Position numbers and translations under genes: made by a program. DNA of 64,000 nucleotides, taken from contig JASGJK010000009.1 of assembly GCA_049840795.1 (NCBI GenBank), positions 48,233 to 112,232 on the forward strand, given 5' to 3'. The notes under the pieces were generated by a model. The model did not search any database, was not told where the DNA came from, and worked only from the letters and a program-made list of their open reading frames with translations. This stretch comes from Paludibacteraceae bacterium (GTDB lineage Bacteria; Bacteroidota; Bacteroidia; Bacteroidales; Paludibacteraceae). Positions 1 to 8,885 of this stretch are shown here, one piece after another (position 1 is the first letter of the stretch; each line of letters starts with the position of its first letter).

Positions 1-2
1 CT

Positions 3-176
3 GATCATAATACATACTCTCCTCTCGATTTACAATTTGGTATAGGTGTAGCATTACATTACTACCATTTTTCGGTCATGGCAGGATATGATTGGGGTTT
101 GCTCGACAGAAATATAAGTACGAGCTATAAATTTAGAGCCAATGACATCAAACTAAGTATAGCGTATACCTTTTAA
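3..176 (+). CDS. outer-membrane beta-barrel (porin-family) protein, C-terminal fragment; 5' end outside window
   Basis: The frame is open from the window edge to TAA at 174-176. The tail ..FSVMAGYDWGLLDRNISTSYKFRANDIKLSIAYTF parallels the tail of the next ORF (..KSGYDWGLLNIG..VVSLEYEF). A C-terminal Phe is typical of OM barrels. Confidence 0.6.
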   Translation, partial: DHNTYSPLDLQFGIGVALHYYHFSVMAGYDWGLLDRNISTSYKFRANDIKLSIAYTF

Positions 177-262
177 TTTGCAACCATAGATTTTCCGTAA
201 TACAAGCATCAATAACGGACGGGAATTATTCACAAACACAATCTAAAAACAAATAAAAAAGC

Positions 263-919
263 ATGAAACGAAGATATTTTTTTATTATACCACTGTGCCT
301 ATTCGCTTTTTTTGTAAATGCGCAGGAGACAAAAGAAGGTGATTCGGGATCTAAAGTTTTGCCCGTTTATAGGATTGAAGCTGGTTATTCACAGATTCAA
401 CGATACGGTACTTACGTCAGTCCAACTTCTTTTCGGGTTGTTCGTCTCGGAGGTTCGGTAGAATTTCCGTTGCAATACAACGTTGGAATTACTGCCGGAC
501 TCAATTATGATTATGGTTTTGGAGAAAAAACGCAATATTTTGTTGCGCCAAAAGATACGGCAAGCTATTCTTACTCAAACCATACACTGAATATTCCGGT
601 AAGGGTAACTTATACGTTACCTGTTTTTTGGGGATTTAAATTATTTGGATATGCCGGTCCAAATTTTAGTGTTGGTTTATCACAACCTGTCTCTCTCACA
701 TCTTCACAAGGTACAAGTTGGATTGAAGCAGGTGATTACAATGCTTACAAAGATAAGATTAACCGTTTTGATATTCAACTTGGCGCAGGAGGAGGACTTC
801 AATGGCGAACCTTCAGGTTGAAAAGCGGTTACGATTGGGGATTGCTGAATATTGGTAAAGAAAAAGGAGCATCGCAACACAATCGCGGTTGGGTTGTATC
901 GTTAGAATATGAATTTTAG
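263..919 (+). CDS. outer-membrane beta-barrel (porin-family) protein
   Basis: 218-aa ORF with signal peptide MKRRYFFIIPLCLFAFFVNAQ. It has an alternating, aromatic-rich strand pattern and ends ..SLEYEF. It is a tandem paralog of the upstream fragment. Confidence 0.7.
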   Translation: MKRRYFFIIPLCLFAFFVNAQETKEGDSGSKVLPVYRIEAGYSQIQRYGTYVSPTSFRVVRLGGSVEFPLQYNVGITAGLNYDYGFGEKTQYFVAPKDTASYSYSNHTLNIPVRVTYTLPVFWGFKLFGYAGPNFSVGLSQPVSLTSSQGTSWIEAGDYNAYKDKINRFDIQLGAGGGLQWRTFRLKSGYDWGLLNIGKEKGASQHNRGWVVSLEYEF

Positions 920-1118
920 CATTTGATTGGCGCAAGATATTCGTATCGAAAAGTGCAAAGATATCGAAAGGAAGTATAAATCGGTAAGTAGAACGCCCGA
1001 GAATACTTCCTTGTTTTTTTACTAAATGATTGTCATATATTTTCATTTCTATTGACGGTAGCACTAACGAGTCGCTTGACTTCAACTCGAACGTTTTTTT
1101 ATATCCCTGTAAAAATAT

Positions 1119-1126
1119 TACCTTTG
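1119..1126 (+). promoter_or_regulatory. Bacteroidetes -7 promoter box (TAnnTTTG)
   Basis: TAccTTTG lies 10 nt upstream of the ATG at 1137. Confidence 0.5.
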
Positions 1127-1136
1127 TATGTTTTTT

Positions 1137-2372
1137 ATGTCAAAGAAGTTGGATATATACAAAATACATACCTTATCGAACGGACTTCGTCTCGTCCATC
1201 TACCTGTAAATACCGCAGTAGCTTATTGCGGAGTGATAGTCAATGTCGGCTCACGCGATGAGAATGAACGTGAGTATGGCATATCGCATCTTATAGAGCA
1301 TATGTTATTCAAAGGTACCGAAAAAAGAAAATCGGGACAAATCATTGAGCGACTTGAAAATGTGGGCGGAGAAATAAACGCTTATACCACCAAAGAAGAA
1401 ACGGTATTTTACGCTACGTTTATGAAAAAATATACCAAGCGGGCAATAGAACTATTGTCTGATGTGGTCTTACATTCAACTTTTCCACAACAAGAGTTGG
1501 ACAAGGAAATCATTGTTGTTCAAGACGAAATACAATCGTACAACGACAGTCCTTCCGAATTGATCTTTGATGATTTTGAGGAGTTGATTTTTCATTCTAA
1601 TCCGATGGAACATAATATCTTAGGGACGAGAAAACATCTGAAATCATTTTCATCAGGCAAATTAAACACTTACTTCAAGACTCATTACCGCCCTGATGAA
1701 ATGGTGTTTTTCTCAGTAGGAGGTGTTAGTTTTGATAAAATAATAAATTGGTGTGAATCTTATTTCATCTCATCATCTAATCAGGCAGATACAGCCGGTC
1801 GTATCACTCCTATCGTGCAGCCTTGGTCTAATAAGGTGATCAAACGCAAAACCAATCAGGTGCATTGTTTGATGGGTGGCGAGGCATACAGCTTTCATCA
1901 TCCGGACAGATTATCATTGTATCTATTGAATAATATTTTGGGAGGTCCGGGAATGAGTAGTTTGCTCAATCTATCATTACGGGAAAAACACGGATTGGTC
2001 TATACCGTAGAATCAAATTATCAGCCCTTTACCGATTGTGGTTGGTGGGCTGTTTATTTCGGTACAGATGCTGATAATGCCGAGAAGTGTGAACAATTGG
2101 TAAAAACGGAGCTAAAAAAGCTTTGTGATGATAAACTTTCTCCAAACAAGCTAAAACAATACCAACTACAACTAATGGGACAAATGGCTATTGCTTCTGA
2201 AAATAAAGAAAATATGGCTCTTTCGCTCGGTAAGAGTATATTGCGTTATGGAAAATTCGATTCGTTAGATAAAATAAACGAGAACATTCGCAGCCTAACG
2301 GCTGAACAGCTTCAACGTGTTGCAAATGAAGTTTTTAATATCGAAAAAATAAATATTCTCAAATATGTTTGA
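1137..2372 (+). CDS. M16 family zinc metallopeptidase (insulinase-like)
   Basis: Carries the HxxEH zinc motif (ISHLIEHMLFKGT). The ORF track starts at 1128, but a TAccTTTG -7 box at 1119-1126 makes the ATG at 1137 (MSKKLD..) the more likely start. Confidence 0.85.
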   Translation: MSKKLDIYKIHTLSNGLRLVHLPVNTAVAYCGVIVNVGSRDENEREYGISHLIEHMLFKGTEKRKSGQIIERLENVGGEINAYTTKEETVFYATFMKKYTKRAIELLSDVVLHSTFPQQELDKEIIVVQDEIQSYNDSPSELIFDDFEELIFHSNPMEHNILGTRKHLKSFSSGKLNTYFKTHYRPDEMVFFSVGGVSFDKIINWCESYFISSSNQADTAGRITPIVQPWSNKVIKRKTNQVHCLMGGEAYSFHHPDRLSLYLLNNILGGPGMSSLLNLSLREKHGLVYTVESNYQPFTDCGWWAVYFGTDADNAEKCEQLVKTELKKLCDDKLSPNKLKQYQLQLMGQMAIASENKENMALSLGKSILRYGKFDSLDKINENIRSLTAEQLQRVANEVFNIEKINILKYV

Positions 2373-2443
2373 CTTTGCAATTTATTTATGACATCCGATA
2401 TGTGAAATAAACAACGACTTTCCGATAAATCATTGCTCTGTTT

Positions 2444-3310
2444 TCAATTTTTCGCTTTAGGTCTTAAATTTTCACTATCTTCATTAAACGACTCTTTTTC
2501 ACTAACTTTCTTCTCGTTTCTTTTACATACCCAAATACTTACTTCGTATAAAGCATAAAGCGGAATAGCTACTACCGTCAATGTAAATGGATCGGTGGTA
2601 GGTGTAATAATTGCTGCCAAGATAAGAATGATTACCAAAGCATACTTGCGTCCAGCCACTAACATTGATTTGGAAATAATGCCGGCTTTTGATAGAAAAA
2701 AGGAGAGTATGGGCATTTCAAACGTTAATCCTAAACATAAGATAAGCACTACAAGTGCATTAAAATAAGACTGGATAGATAGTTGGTTGGGAATTAACTC
2801 AGAAACCTGATACGTGCCCAAAAATTGTATGGTAAGTGGAAAAATAATAAAATAACTTACTGATGCTCCCAAGTAAAACAAAAACGAAGAAACGAAGAAA
2901 ATTTTGCCAATATTTTTCGACTCGTTTTCGTATAATGCGGGGCGAACAAACTTCCAAAGTTCAAACAAAATGTATGGGAATGCTAACAAGACAGCTATCA
3001 TTACCGAAACTCCTACTTGTAGCATAAATTGTCCCGAAAGTTCATAGTTGATTAATTGTAACTTAAAATCGGGTACGAAGTTAGAAGATAACCCGATGGA
3101 AGAAAGCAACGATTTCAAAACACGGTACGTGATAAAATCTGAACTCAGCGGGGAAAGAATGAATTGTGAAAAAACAACTTTGTATGCAGCGAATGCAACA
3201 ACAAAAAGAATAACCACCGCTGCGAGAATACGAATAATTGTCCATCGTAAGACTTCAAGATGCTCCCAAAAAGAATATTTAGGTTCCCCGGACGAACTAT
3301 TCTTTCTCAT
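2444..3310 (-). CDS. tatC: twin-arginine translocase subunit TatC
   Basis: 288 aa and polytopic (about 6 TM). The N-terminus FWEHLEVLRWTIIRIL matches the TatC HLxELR signature. It lies directly downstream of a TatA ORF. Confidence 0.9.
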   Translation of the reverse strand: MRKNSSSGEPKYSFWEHLEVLRWTIIRILAAVVILFVVAFAAYKVVFSQFILSPLSSDFITYRVLKSLLSSIGLSSNFVPDFKLQLINYELSGQFMLQVGVSVMIAVLLAFPYILFELWKFVRPALYENESKNIGKIFFVSSFLFYLGASVSYFIIFPLTIQFLGTYQVSELIPNQLSIQSYFNALVVLILCLGLTFEMPILSFFLSKAGIISKSMLVAGRKYALVIILILAAIITPTTDPFTLTVVAIPLYALYEVSIWVCKRNEKKVSEKESFNEDSENLRPKAKN

Positions 3311-3322
3311 TTTTCAAAAAGA

Positions 3323-3502
3323 TTATTTTTTTGTGTCGGTAGGTTGCTCTTCTTTTATATCATCTTCAATGTCTTTCAATCCTTTCTTAAAACTACTCAC
3401 ACCTTTTCCTAATCCTTTCATTAATTCAGGAATTTTTTTCCCGCCGAAGATTAATAAAACAACCAATGCGATTAAAATAATTTCTCCTGTGCCAATACCC
3501 AT
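3323..3502 (-). CDS. tatA: twin-arginine translocase subunit TatA
   Basis: Hand-translated 59-codon ORF: MGIGTGEIILIALVVLLIFGGKKIPELMKGLGKGVSSFKKGLKDIEDDIKEEQPTDTKK. It has one TM helix plus the FGGKKIPEL hinge and an amphipathic tail. It ends 12 nt before tatC and is absent from the ORF track because of its length. Confidence 0.85.
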   Translation of the reverse strand: MGIGTGEIILIALVVLLIFGGKKIPELMKGLGKGVSSFKKGLKDIEDDIKEEQPTDTKK

Positions 3503-3617
3503 AATATTATAAATTTAATAGATTAATTAACGGCAAATTATAAGCACAAAAATAAGAAAATTTACACTTAAAACGACTATTATTCTTATTTTTTTAGGTT
3601 AAACCCTTAATTTAGAC

Positions 3618-3625
3618 TAATTTTG
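3618..3625 (+). promoter_or_regulatory. Bacteroidetes -7 promoter box
   Basis: TAatTTTG lies upstream of the SulP gene. Confidence 0.4.
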
Positions 3626-3703
3626 CAGAAAAATCAGTTTTGATTCGTTGTAGGACTATCTTGAAATCTCAACAGTAAAGATATTCTTGTAAATTTAAAA
3701 GAT

Positions 3704-5365
3704 ATGATATTTCAACCTCGTTTATTTTCAACTTTAAAGAATTACAGCAAACAGCAATTTTATGCCGATTTTATGTCGGGCATTATCGTCGGTATCGTTG
3801 CGTTGCCTTTAGCCATTGCTTTTGGTATTGCTTCCGGTGTAACTCCCGAAAAAGGACTTTTTACGGCAATCATCGCCGGATTTATTGTTTCTTTTCTGGG
3901 AGGAAGTAAGGTACAGATAGGTGGTCCTACCGGGGCATTTATAGTGATTGTCTATGGGATTATTCAGCAGTATGGCATCACCGGACTTGCCATTGCCACA
4001 ATGATTGCCGGAGTAATGCTCATTGCTATGGGTTTATTGAAATTAGGTGCCGTCATCAAATTCATCCCTTATCCTGTAATTGTTGGATTTACAAGCGGTA
4101 TCGCGTTAACGATTTTTGCTACGCAAATCAAAGATCTCTTTGGACTGCAAATCGACAAAATACCGGCAGATTTCATCCATAAATGGATCGTTTATGCTCA
4201 GCATCTCTCAACCATTAATTGGTGGTCACTATGTGTCGGCTTGGTCTCTATCCTTATAATCAGCCTGATGCCGAAAATCTCGAAAAAAATACCGGGATCG
4301 TTGGTAGCCATCGTTGTAATGACCGTATTAGTCTATTTATTACGTCACAAATTAGGGATACAGAATATTGAAACCATCGGTGACCGTTTTACGATTAACG
4401 CGGCACTTCCTCACGCAGCCACTCCTTCCATCTCCTTTGATGATATAAGAACATTGCTACCGGTGGCGTTTACCATTGCAATGTTGGGAGCGATCGAATC
4501 CTTGCTTTCCGCAACCGTTGCAGACGGAGTTATAGGCGATAAACATCACTCCAATACCGAATTGATAGCTCAAGGAATTGCAAACGTGATTACTCCTATT
4601 TTCGGAGGAATTCCTGCAACCGGAGCCATTGCTCGTACAATGACCAATATTAACAATGGTGGACGCACTCCTGTTGCCGGTATCATTCATGCGGTGGTGT
4701 TAGGACTTATTCTACTGTTTTTAGGAAATCTGACAAAGCATATTCCTATGGCGTGTTTGGCAGGTGTGTTGATTATAGTATCGTATAATATGAGCGAATG
4801 GCGCACTTTTCGTTCGCTTTTGAGAAATTCAAAATCGGAAGTAGCCGTTTTATTAAGCACATTTTTACTCACAGTGATTTTTGACTTGACCATCGCCATC
4901 GAAATAGGATTACTTTTGGCAGTGGTTTTATTTATACGTCGCATTTCCGAAACCTCCACCATATCTGTACTTAAAGATAAAGTAGAGCTCTCATATTCTG
5001 AGAATGGATTAGATAACGATGAACTCATTGTTCCCAAAGGGGTGGAAATTTACGAAATAGAAGGTCCGTTTTTCTTTGGTGTGGCTAACAAATTTGAAGA
5101 AATAATGAAACAAACAGGCGATAAACCGCGTGTACGCATCATCAGAATGCGTAAAGTGCCGTTTATGGATTCCACGGGAGTACACAATCTGGAAAATCTG
5201 ATCAAGATGTCACAAAAAGACAAGATAAAAATATTGCTTTCAGGAGTAAACGACAATGTAAGACAAACACTCTACAACGTGAAACTAAACGAAAAAATAG
5301 GCGAACAATATATTTGCAGTAATATCAACGAAGCGTTAGAGAAAGCCAAGGAGGTAATTCGATAA
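3704..5365 (+). CDS. SulP family inorganic anion (sulfate/bicarbonate) transporter with C-terminal STAS domain
   Basis: 553 aa with a polytopic N-terminal domain (GGPTGAFIVIVYG, GIPATGAIARTMTNINNGGRTP). The soluble STAS-like tail reads EIEGPFFFGVANKF..RMRKVPFMDSTG. Confidence 0.9.
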   Translation: MIFQPRLFSTLKNYSKQQFYADFMSGIIVGIVALPLAIAFGIASGVTPEKGLFTAIIAGFIVSFLGGSKVQIGGPTGAFIVIVYGIIQQYGITGLAIATMIAGVMLIAMGLLKLGAVIKFIPYPVIVGFTSGIALTIFATQIKDLFGLQIDKIPADFIHKWIVYAQHLSTINWWSLCVGLVSILIISLMPKISKKIPGSLVAIVVMTVLVYLLRHKLGIQNIETIGDRFTINAALPHAATPSISFDDIRTLLPVAFTIAMLGAIESLLSATVADGVIGDKHHSNTELIAQGIANVITPIFGGIPATGAIARTMTNINNGGRTPVAGIIHAVVLGLILLFLGNLTKHIPMACLAGVLIIVSYNMSEWRTFRSLLRNSKSEVAVLLSTFLLTVIFDLTIAIEIGLLLAVVLFIRRISETSTISVLKDKVELSYSENGLDNDELIVPKGVEIYEIEGPFFFGVANKFEEIMKQTGDKPRVRIIRMRKVPFMDSTGVHNLENLIKMSQKDKIKILLSGVNDNVRQTLYNVKLNEKIGEQYICSNINEALEKAKEVIR

Positions 5366-5528
5366 GTAAAGAACGAATAAATAAGGCGCTAAAAACACAC
5401 TATTTTATAAAATATGAGCAGTTGAAAAGTGTTAAATATCAATTTTGACAAATGTTATTTTAATAATTTTCTGCTTCTTATTATTCAAAAAAATAGGTTA
5501 ACGCTTTTTTCTTTAAAAGTAAAAATCT

Positions 5529-5536
5529 TACTTTTG
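5529..5536 (+). promoter_or_regulatory. Bacteroidetes -7 promoter box
   Basis: TActTTTG lies 16 nt upstream of the ATG at 5553. Confidence 0.5.
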
Positions 5537-5552
5537 TGAAAGATTAAAGAAG

Positions 5553-5846
5553 ATGGATAATAAATATTCAAGTCTAATTAGTGAATTTGAATCAAATTTG
5601 CGTAATTTGATTTCCAATTACAACGCTTTGAAAGCTGAAAATAGCCAGCTGAAAAGAAACTTAGAGCTGAAAAACGAAGAAATAATGCATGCTCACAAGG
5701 AAATCTTAGATTTGAGAAACGATTATCTTAATCTGGAAACCGCTGCCAGTTTAAGTGGTTCGCTCGAAAAAAGCGACAAAGTTAAGCAACATATAAATAA
5801 ACTGGTGCGTGAAATCGATAAATGTTTAATGCTACTCAATGAATAA
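5553..5846 (+). CDS. coiled-coil protein of unknown function (ZapB-like position upstream of zapA)
   Basis: 97 aa with heptad-rich sequence and a TActTTTG -7 box at 5529-5536. It ends 5 nt before the ZapA-like ORF. Confidence 0.6.
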   Translation: MDNKYSSLISEFESNLRNLISNYNALKAENSQLKRNLELKNEEIMHAHKEILDLRNDYLNLETAASLSGSLEKSDKVKQHINKLVREIDKCLMLLNE

Positions 5847-5851
5847 TAACT

Positions 5852-6145
5852 ATGGGATTTGAAGATGATTTATTCACGATAAATATCCTGATTAACGGTG
5901 TACGGATGCCGTTGAATATCCCAAGAAAAGAAGAAGAGTTATACAGAGATGCCGAGAAACTTTTAAATAATTACCTGAATAAGTTTCAAGGACGTTATCA
6001 ACAAAAAAGTATGGAAGAAATACTTACGATAGCCGCATTTCAGTTAGCCACAATTATTATACAGCAAGAAAAGAATCAAGATGTGTCTCCTTTGGCAACC
6101 AAGATTCAGGAAATAAATAAAGAGATAGCAGAATTATTGGCATAA
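5852..6145 (+). CDS. zapA: cell division protein ZapA
   Basis: 97 aa. The size, the motif INILINGVRMPLNIPRKEEELYRDAEKLLN and its position immediately upstream of rny fit Bacteroidetes ZapA. Confidence 0.65.
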   Translation: MGFEDDLFTINILINGVRMPLNIPRKEEELYRDAEKLLNNYLNKFQGRYQQKSMEEILTIAAFQLATIIIQQEKNQDVSPLATKIQEINKEIAELLA

Positions 6146-6182
6146 CAGAAAACTTCTGAGTCCATATCAAAACATTTGAATC

Positions 6183-6252
6183 ACGCATCGCATTGTTTTT
6201 GTGCTTATTATCTTAAAGTATCGAAAGCAATATGAATGCGTTTTTATTTTTT
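6183..6252 (+). terminator. putative intrinsic terminator after zapA
   Basis: An imperfect stem ACGCAT..CATTG / CAAT..ATGCGT is followed by TTTTTATTTTTT. Confidence 0.4.
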
Positions 6253-6337
6253 ACAACAAAATGAATTCTTACAACAAATGTGCGAGAATCTTAAATTACT
6301 AATATAAAATTTACTTACTTTAAAACAATTAAAAAAT

Positions 6338-7855
6338 ATGACCATAGCATTTATTATAATTGCGTTTATTGTTGGTGTGACAGGAAGTTATTTGCTTCTT
6401 GGAGTATTCAATAAAAAAGCAAAAAGAGAGATAGAGGCTGAAACCGAATTGCTGAAAAAAAACAAAATGATTGAAGCAAAAGAGCGTTTCATAGCCCTAA
6501 AAGCGGAACACGAACAACAAGTACAGGAACGCAACGCCAAAGTACAAGCGGCAGAAGTAAAAATACAGCAACGTGAGTTAGCGCTCAACCAAAGACAAGG
6601 TGATTTGCAACGCAAAATGAACGAAGTTGATGTTCAACGTGAGAATTTGGAATCGCAATTAAGCGTGGTTGATAATAAAAAACGCGAAGCTGATCATTTA
6701 TATAAACACGCTCAGGAACAATTGGAAACCATCTCCGGACTCTCGGTAGATCAGGCAAAAGAACGTTTGGTAGAGTCGCTGAAAGAAGAAGCTAAAACCA
6801 ATGCTCTTTCGTATATCAATGATATTATGGAAGATGCCAAAATGACGGCAACCAAGGAAGCCAAACGTATCGTTATTCAGACGATACAGCGTGTAGCAAC
6901 CGAAACAGCCATCGAAAACTCGGTTACTGTATTTCACATTGAGTCTGATGAAGTAAAAGGACGTATTATAGGACGTGAAGGACGTAATATCCGCGCTTTA
7001 GAGGCAGCCACCGGTGTGGAAATCATTGTTGACGATACTCCCGAAGCAATTGTGCTGTCGGCATTTGACCCGGTGCGTAGAGAAATAGCGAGACTTTCAC
7101 TACATCAACTCGTAACTGACGGGCGTATTCACCCGGCTCGTATCGAAGAAGTTGTTAACAAAGTGCGAAAACAAATTGAAGAGGAAATTATTGAAACCGG
7201 AAAACGAACAACAATTGACTTGGGAATTCATGGACTTCATCCGGAACTGATTCGTATGGTGGGAAAAATGAAATATCGTTCTTCTTACGGACAAAATTTA
7301 CTACAACACTCACGCGAGGTTGCCAATCTTTGTTCGACAATGGCTTCGGAACTTGGACTGAACCCAAAGAAAGCCAAGCGCGCCGGACTTCTTCACGATA
7401 TAGGCAAAGTTCCCGATGATGAACCGGAATTGCCACATGCAATACTTGGTATGCGTTTAGCAGAAAAATACAAAGAGAAACCCGAAATATGCAATGCCAT
7501 AGGCGCACATCACGATGAAGTTGAAATGGAAACGCTTCTTGCACCCATCGTACAAGTATGCGACGCTATTTCAGGAGCACGTCCGGGTGCACGCCGTGAA
7601 ATTGTAGAAGCTTACATTAAACGTTTGAAAGATTTGGAAAATTTAGCATTGGCTTATCCGGGTGTAATAAAAACGTACGCCATTCAAGCTGGTCGTGAAC
7701 TGCGTGTTATTGTAGGTGCCGACAAAATGGATGACAAAGAGACAGAATTGCTATCATTTGATATAGCTAAAAAAATACAGGACGAAATGACTTATCCGGG
7801 ACAGGTGAAAATCACGGTAATACGTGAAACACGTGCTGTAAGCTACGCGAAATAG
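6338..7855 (+). CDS. rny: ribonuclease Y
   Basis: 505 aa. It has an N-terminal TM helix, a long coiled coil, a KH domain ([15 protein letters not shown]) and an HD domain (LLHDIGK .. GAHHDE). Confidence 0.95.
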   Translation: MTIAFIIIAFIVGVTGSYLLLGVFNKKAKREIEAETELLKKNKMIEAKERFIALKAEHEQQVQERNAKVQAAEVKIQQRELALNQRQGDLQRKMNEVDVQRENLESQLSVVDNKKREADHLYKHAQEQLETISGLSVDQAKERLVESLKEEAKTNALSYINDIMEDAKMTATKEAKRIVIQTIQRVATETAIENSVTVFHIESDEVKGRIIGREGRNIRALEAATGVEIIVDDTPEAIVLSAFDPVRREIARLSLHQLVTDGRIHPARIEEVVNKVRKQIEEEIIETGKRTTIDLGIHGLHPELIRMVGKMKYRSSYGQNLLQHSREVANLCSTMASELGLNPKKAKRAGLLHDIGKVPDDEPELPHAILGMRLAEKYKEKPEICNAIGAHHDEVEMETLLAPIVQVCDAISGARPGARREIVEAYIKRLKDLENLALAYPGVIKTYAIQAGRELRVIVGADKMDDKETELLSFDIAKKIQDEMTYPGQVKITVIRETRAVSYAK

Positions 7856-7857
7856 TT

Positions 7858-7958
7858 GCCTCTAACCCCTAAAGGGGAATCTCTGGAATGATTTTTGTCA
7901 ATATATAACATATAAAAAATAGATAGTCCTTAAAGTCCCCTTTGGGGGATTTAGGGGC
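7858..7958. repeat. inverted pair of G4/C4 hairpin elements
   Basis: GCCTCTAACCCCTAAAGGGGAATC (7858-7881) and GTCCCCTTTGGGGGATTTAGGGGCT (7935-7959) are approximate reverse complements. They flank an AT-rich spacer of about 50 bp between the rny stop and the ssrA start. Confidence 0.7.
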
Positions 7959-7967
7959 TTAACTAAC

Positions 7968-8362
7968 GGGGCTGTTTGGTTTTGACAGCAGGTAGAAAAG
8001 GTAAGTAAGCATGTCGAGCACTGGGACTACGGCTCGTAAATCTCGAATCTCAAAATTATAACTGGCGAAAATAACTACGCTCTTGCTGCTTAATCGAATA
8101 AAGTAGATTGGCTTCATTCAGACACAAGGTGTTAGAACGAGACATCTCTCAAATGCCCTCTCCTCGAGGCGATTTGATACAGAGGTGCAGCTAAATCGGG
8201 GATAGTTTTAGTTAGCTTCGTGACTAAGACGAAAACTAAGAAGATAAGGTAAAAGTTGGTTGCTTCGGTCTTGCTTTTGCCCGACAATTAAAGCGAAGAT
8301 AAACATGTAGAAAACTTATTATTTCCTTGTTTGGACGAGGGTTCGACTCCCTCCAGCTCCAC
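7968..8362 (+). ncRNA. ssrA: tmRNA (transfer-messenger RNA)
   Basis: The 5' GGGGCTG pairs with CAGCTCC at 8354-8360, with a G.U at the third pair (alanine identity). A T-arm GGTTCGACTCC is present. The tag reading frame at 8064-8093 encodes GENNYALAA plus stop. A terminator hairpin follows. Confidence 0.93.
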
Positions 8363-8384
8363 GAATACTGTTTCAAAAACGAGT

Positions 8385-8425
8385 AAAAGCCTGCAAAATG
8401 TATGATTTTCAGGCTTTTATATTTT
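8385..8425 (+). terminator. intrinsic terminator of ssrA
   Basis: Stem AAAAGCCTG (8385-8393) / CAGGCTTTT (8410-8418) is followed by a T-rich run. Confidence 0.7.
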
Positions 8426-8730
8426 TAAATATAATCAAACTTTTCAATAAAAATCAATCTTTGAGAGACCTATTCGGTTACCCAAAGATTTGAAAATATC
8501 GGGTACCCTCGTCCTTTCGGATTTTATTATTTTAATGTAAAAAGTTTATCCATTGGTTGCTGGGATTTTTAATCCCAGCTAACTCTATTATTAGGATTTG
8601 CAGTCCGAAAAACATTATCCAACAAAAATAAGAATTTAATTTCAGATTACAAATCTGAATAATACAAGAAGGCAGGATTAATGAAAATCCCGCCAACCAA
8701 GCTCATTTGTTTTGCATATCCGTTACTACG

Positions 8731-8775
8731 GATTATCCTCACTCAGAGCGCGGTTTTCCTCTCTCGTCCTTTCGG
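8731..8775 (+). repeat. solo copy of the 42-bp repeat unit found in tandem at 16520-16725
   Basis: GATTATCCTCACTCAGAGCGCGGTTTTCCTCTCTCGTCC.. compares with the array unit GATATCCTCGCTCAGAGTGGGGTTTTCCTCTCTTTTTGC.. in the same orientation. Confidence 0.65.
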
Positions 8776-8885
8776 CTTTTAATTTCAGTTTTACAGTCTT
8801 TGTCTCCGCAGTCTGTAAAAACATAACAGAGACGGACAAAGCGTAGTTTTACGCTTCCGGGGGAGGTGAAACCACACTAAAAACG

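Noticed and set aside
3048-3512. 154-aa plus-strand ORF.
   Set aside because: It runs antisense across tatC and tatA, both of which have clear family signatures. Its composition is implausible.
6146-6337. 6S RNA (ssrS) downstream of zapA, by analogy with the E. coli zapA-ssrS arrangement.
   Set aside because: The 190-nt spacer shows only one imperfect terminator-like hairpin followed by AT-rich promoter-like DNA. I could not find the long closed helix with a central bubble expected for 6S RNA. An Infernal scan would settle it.
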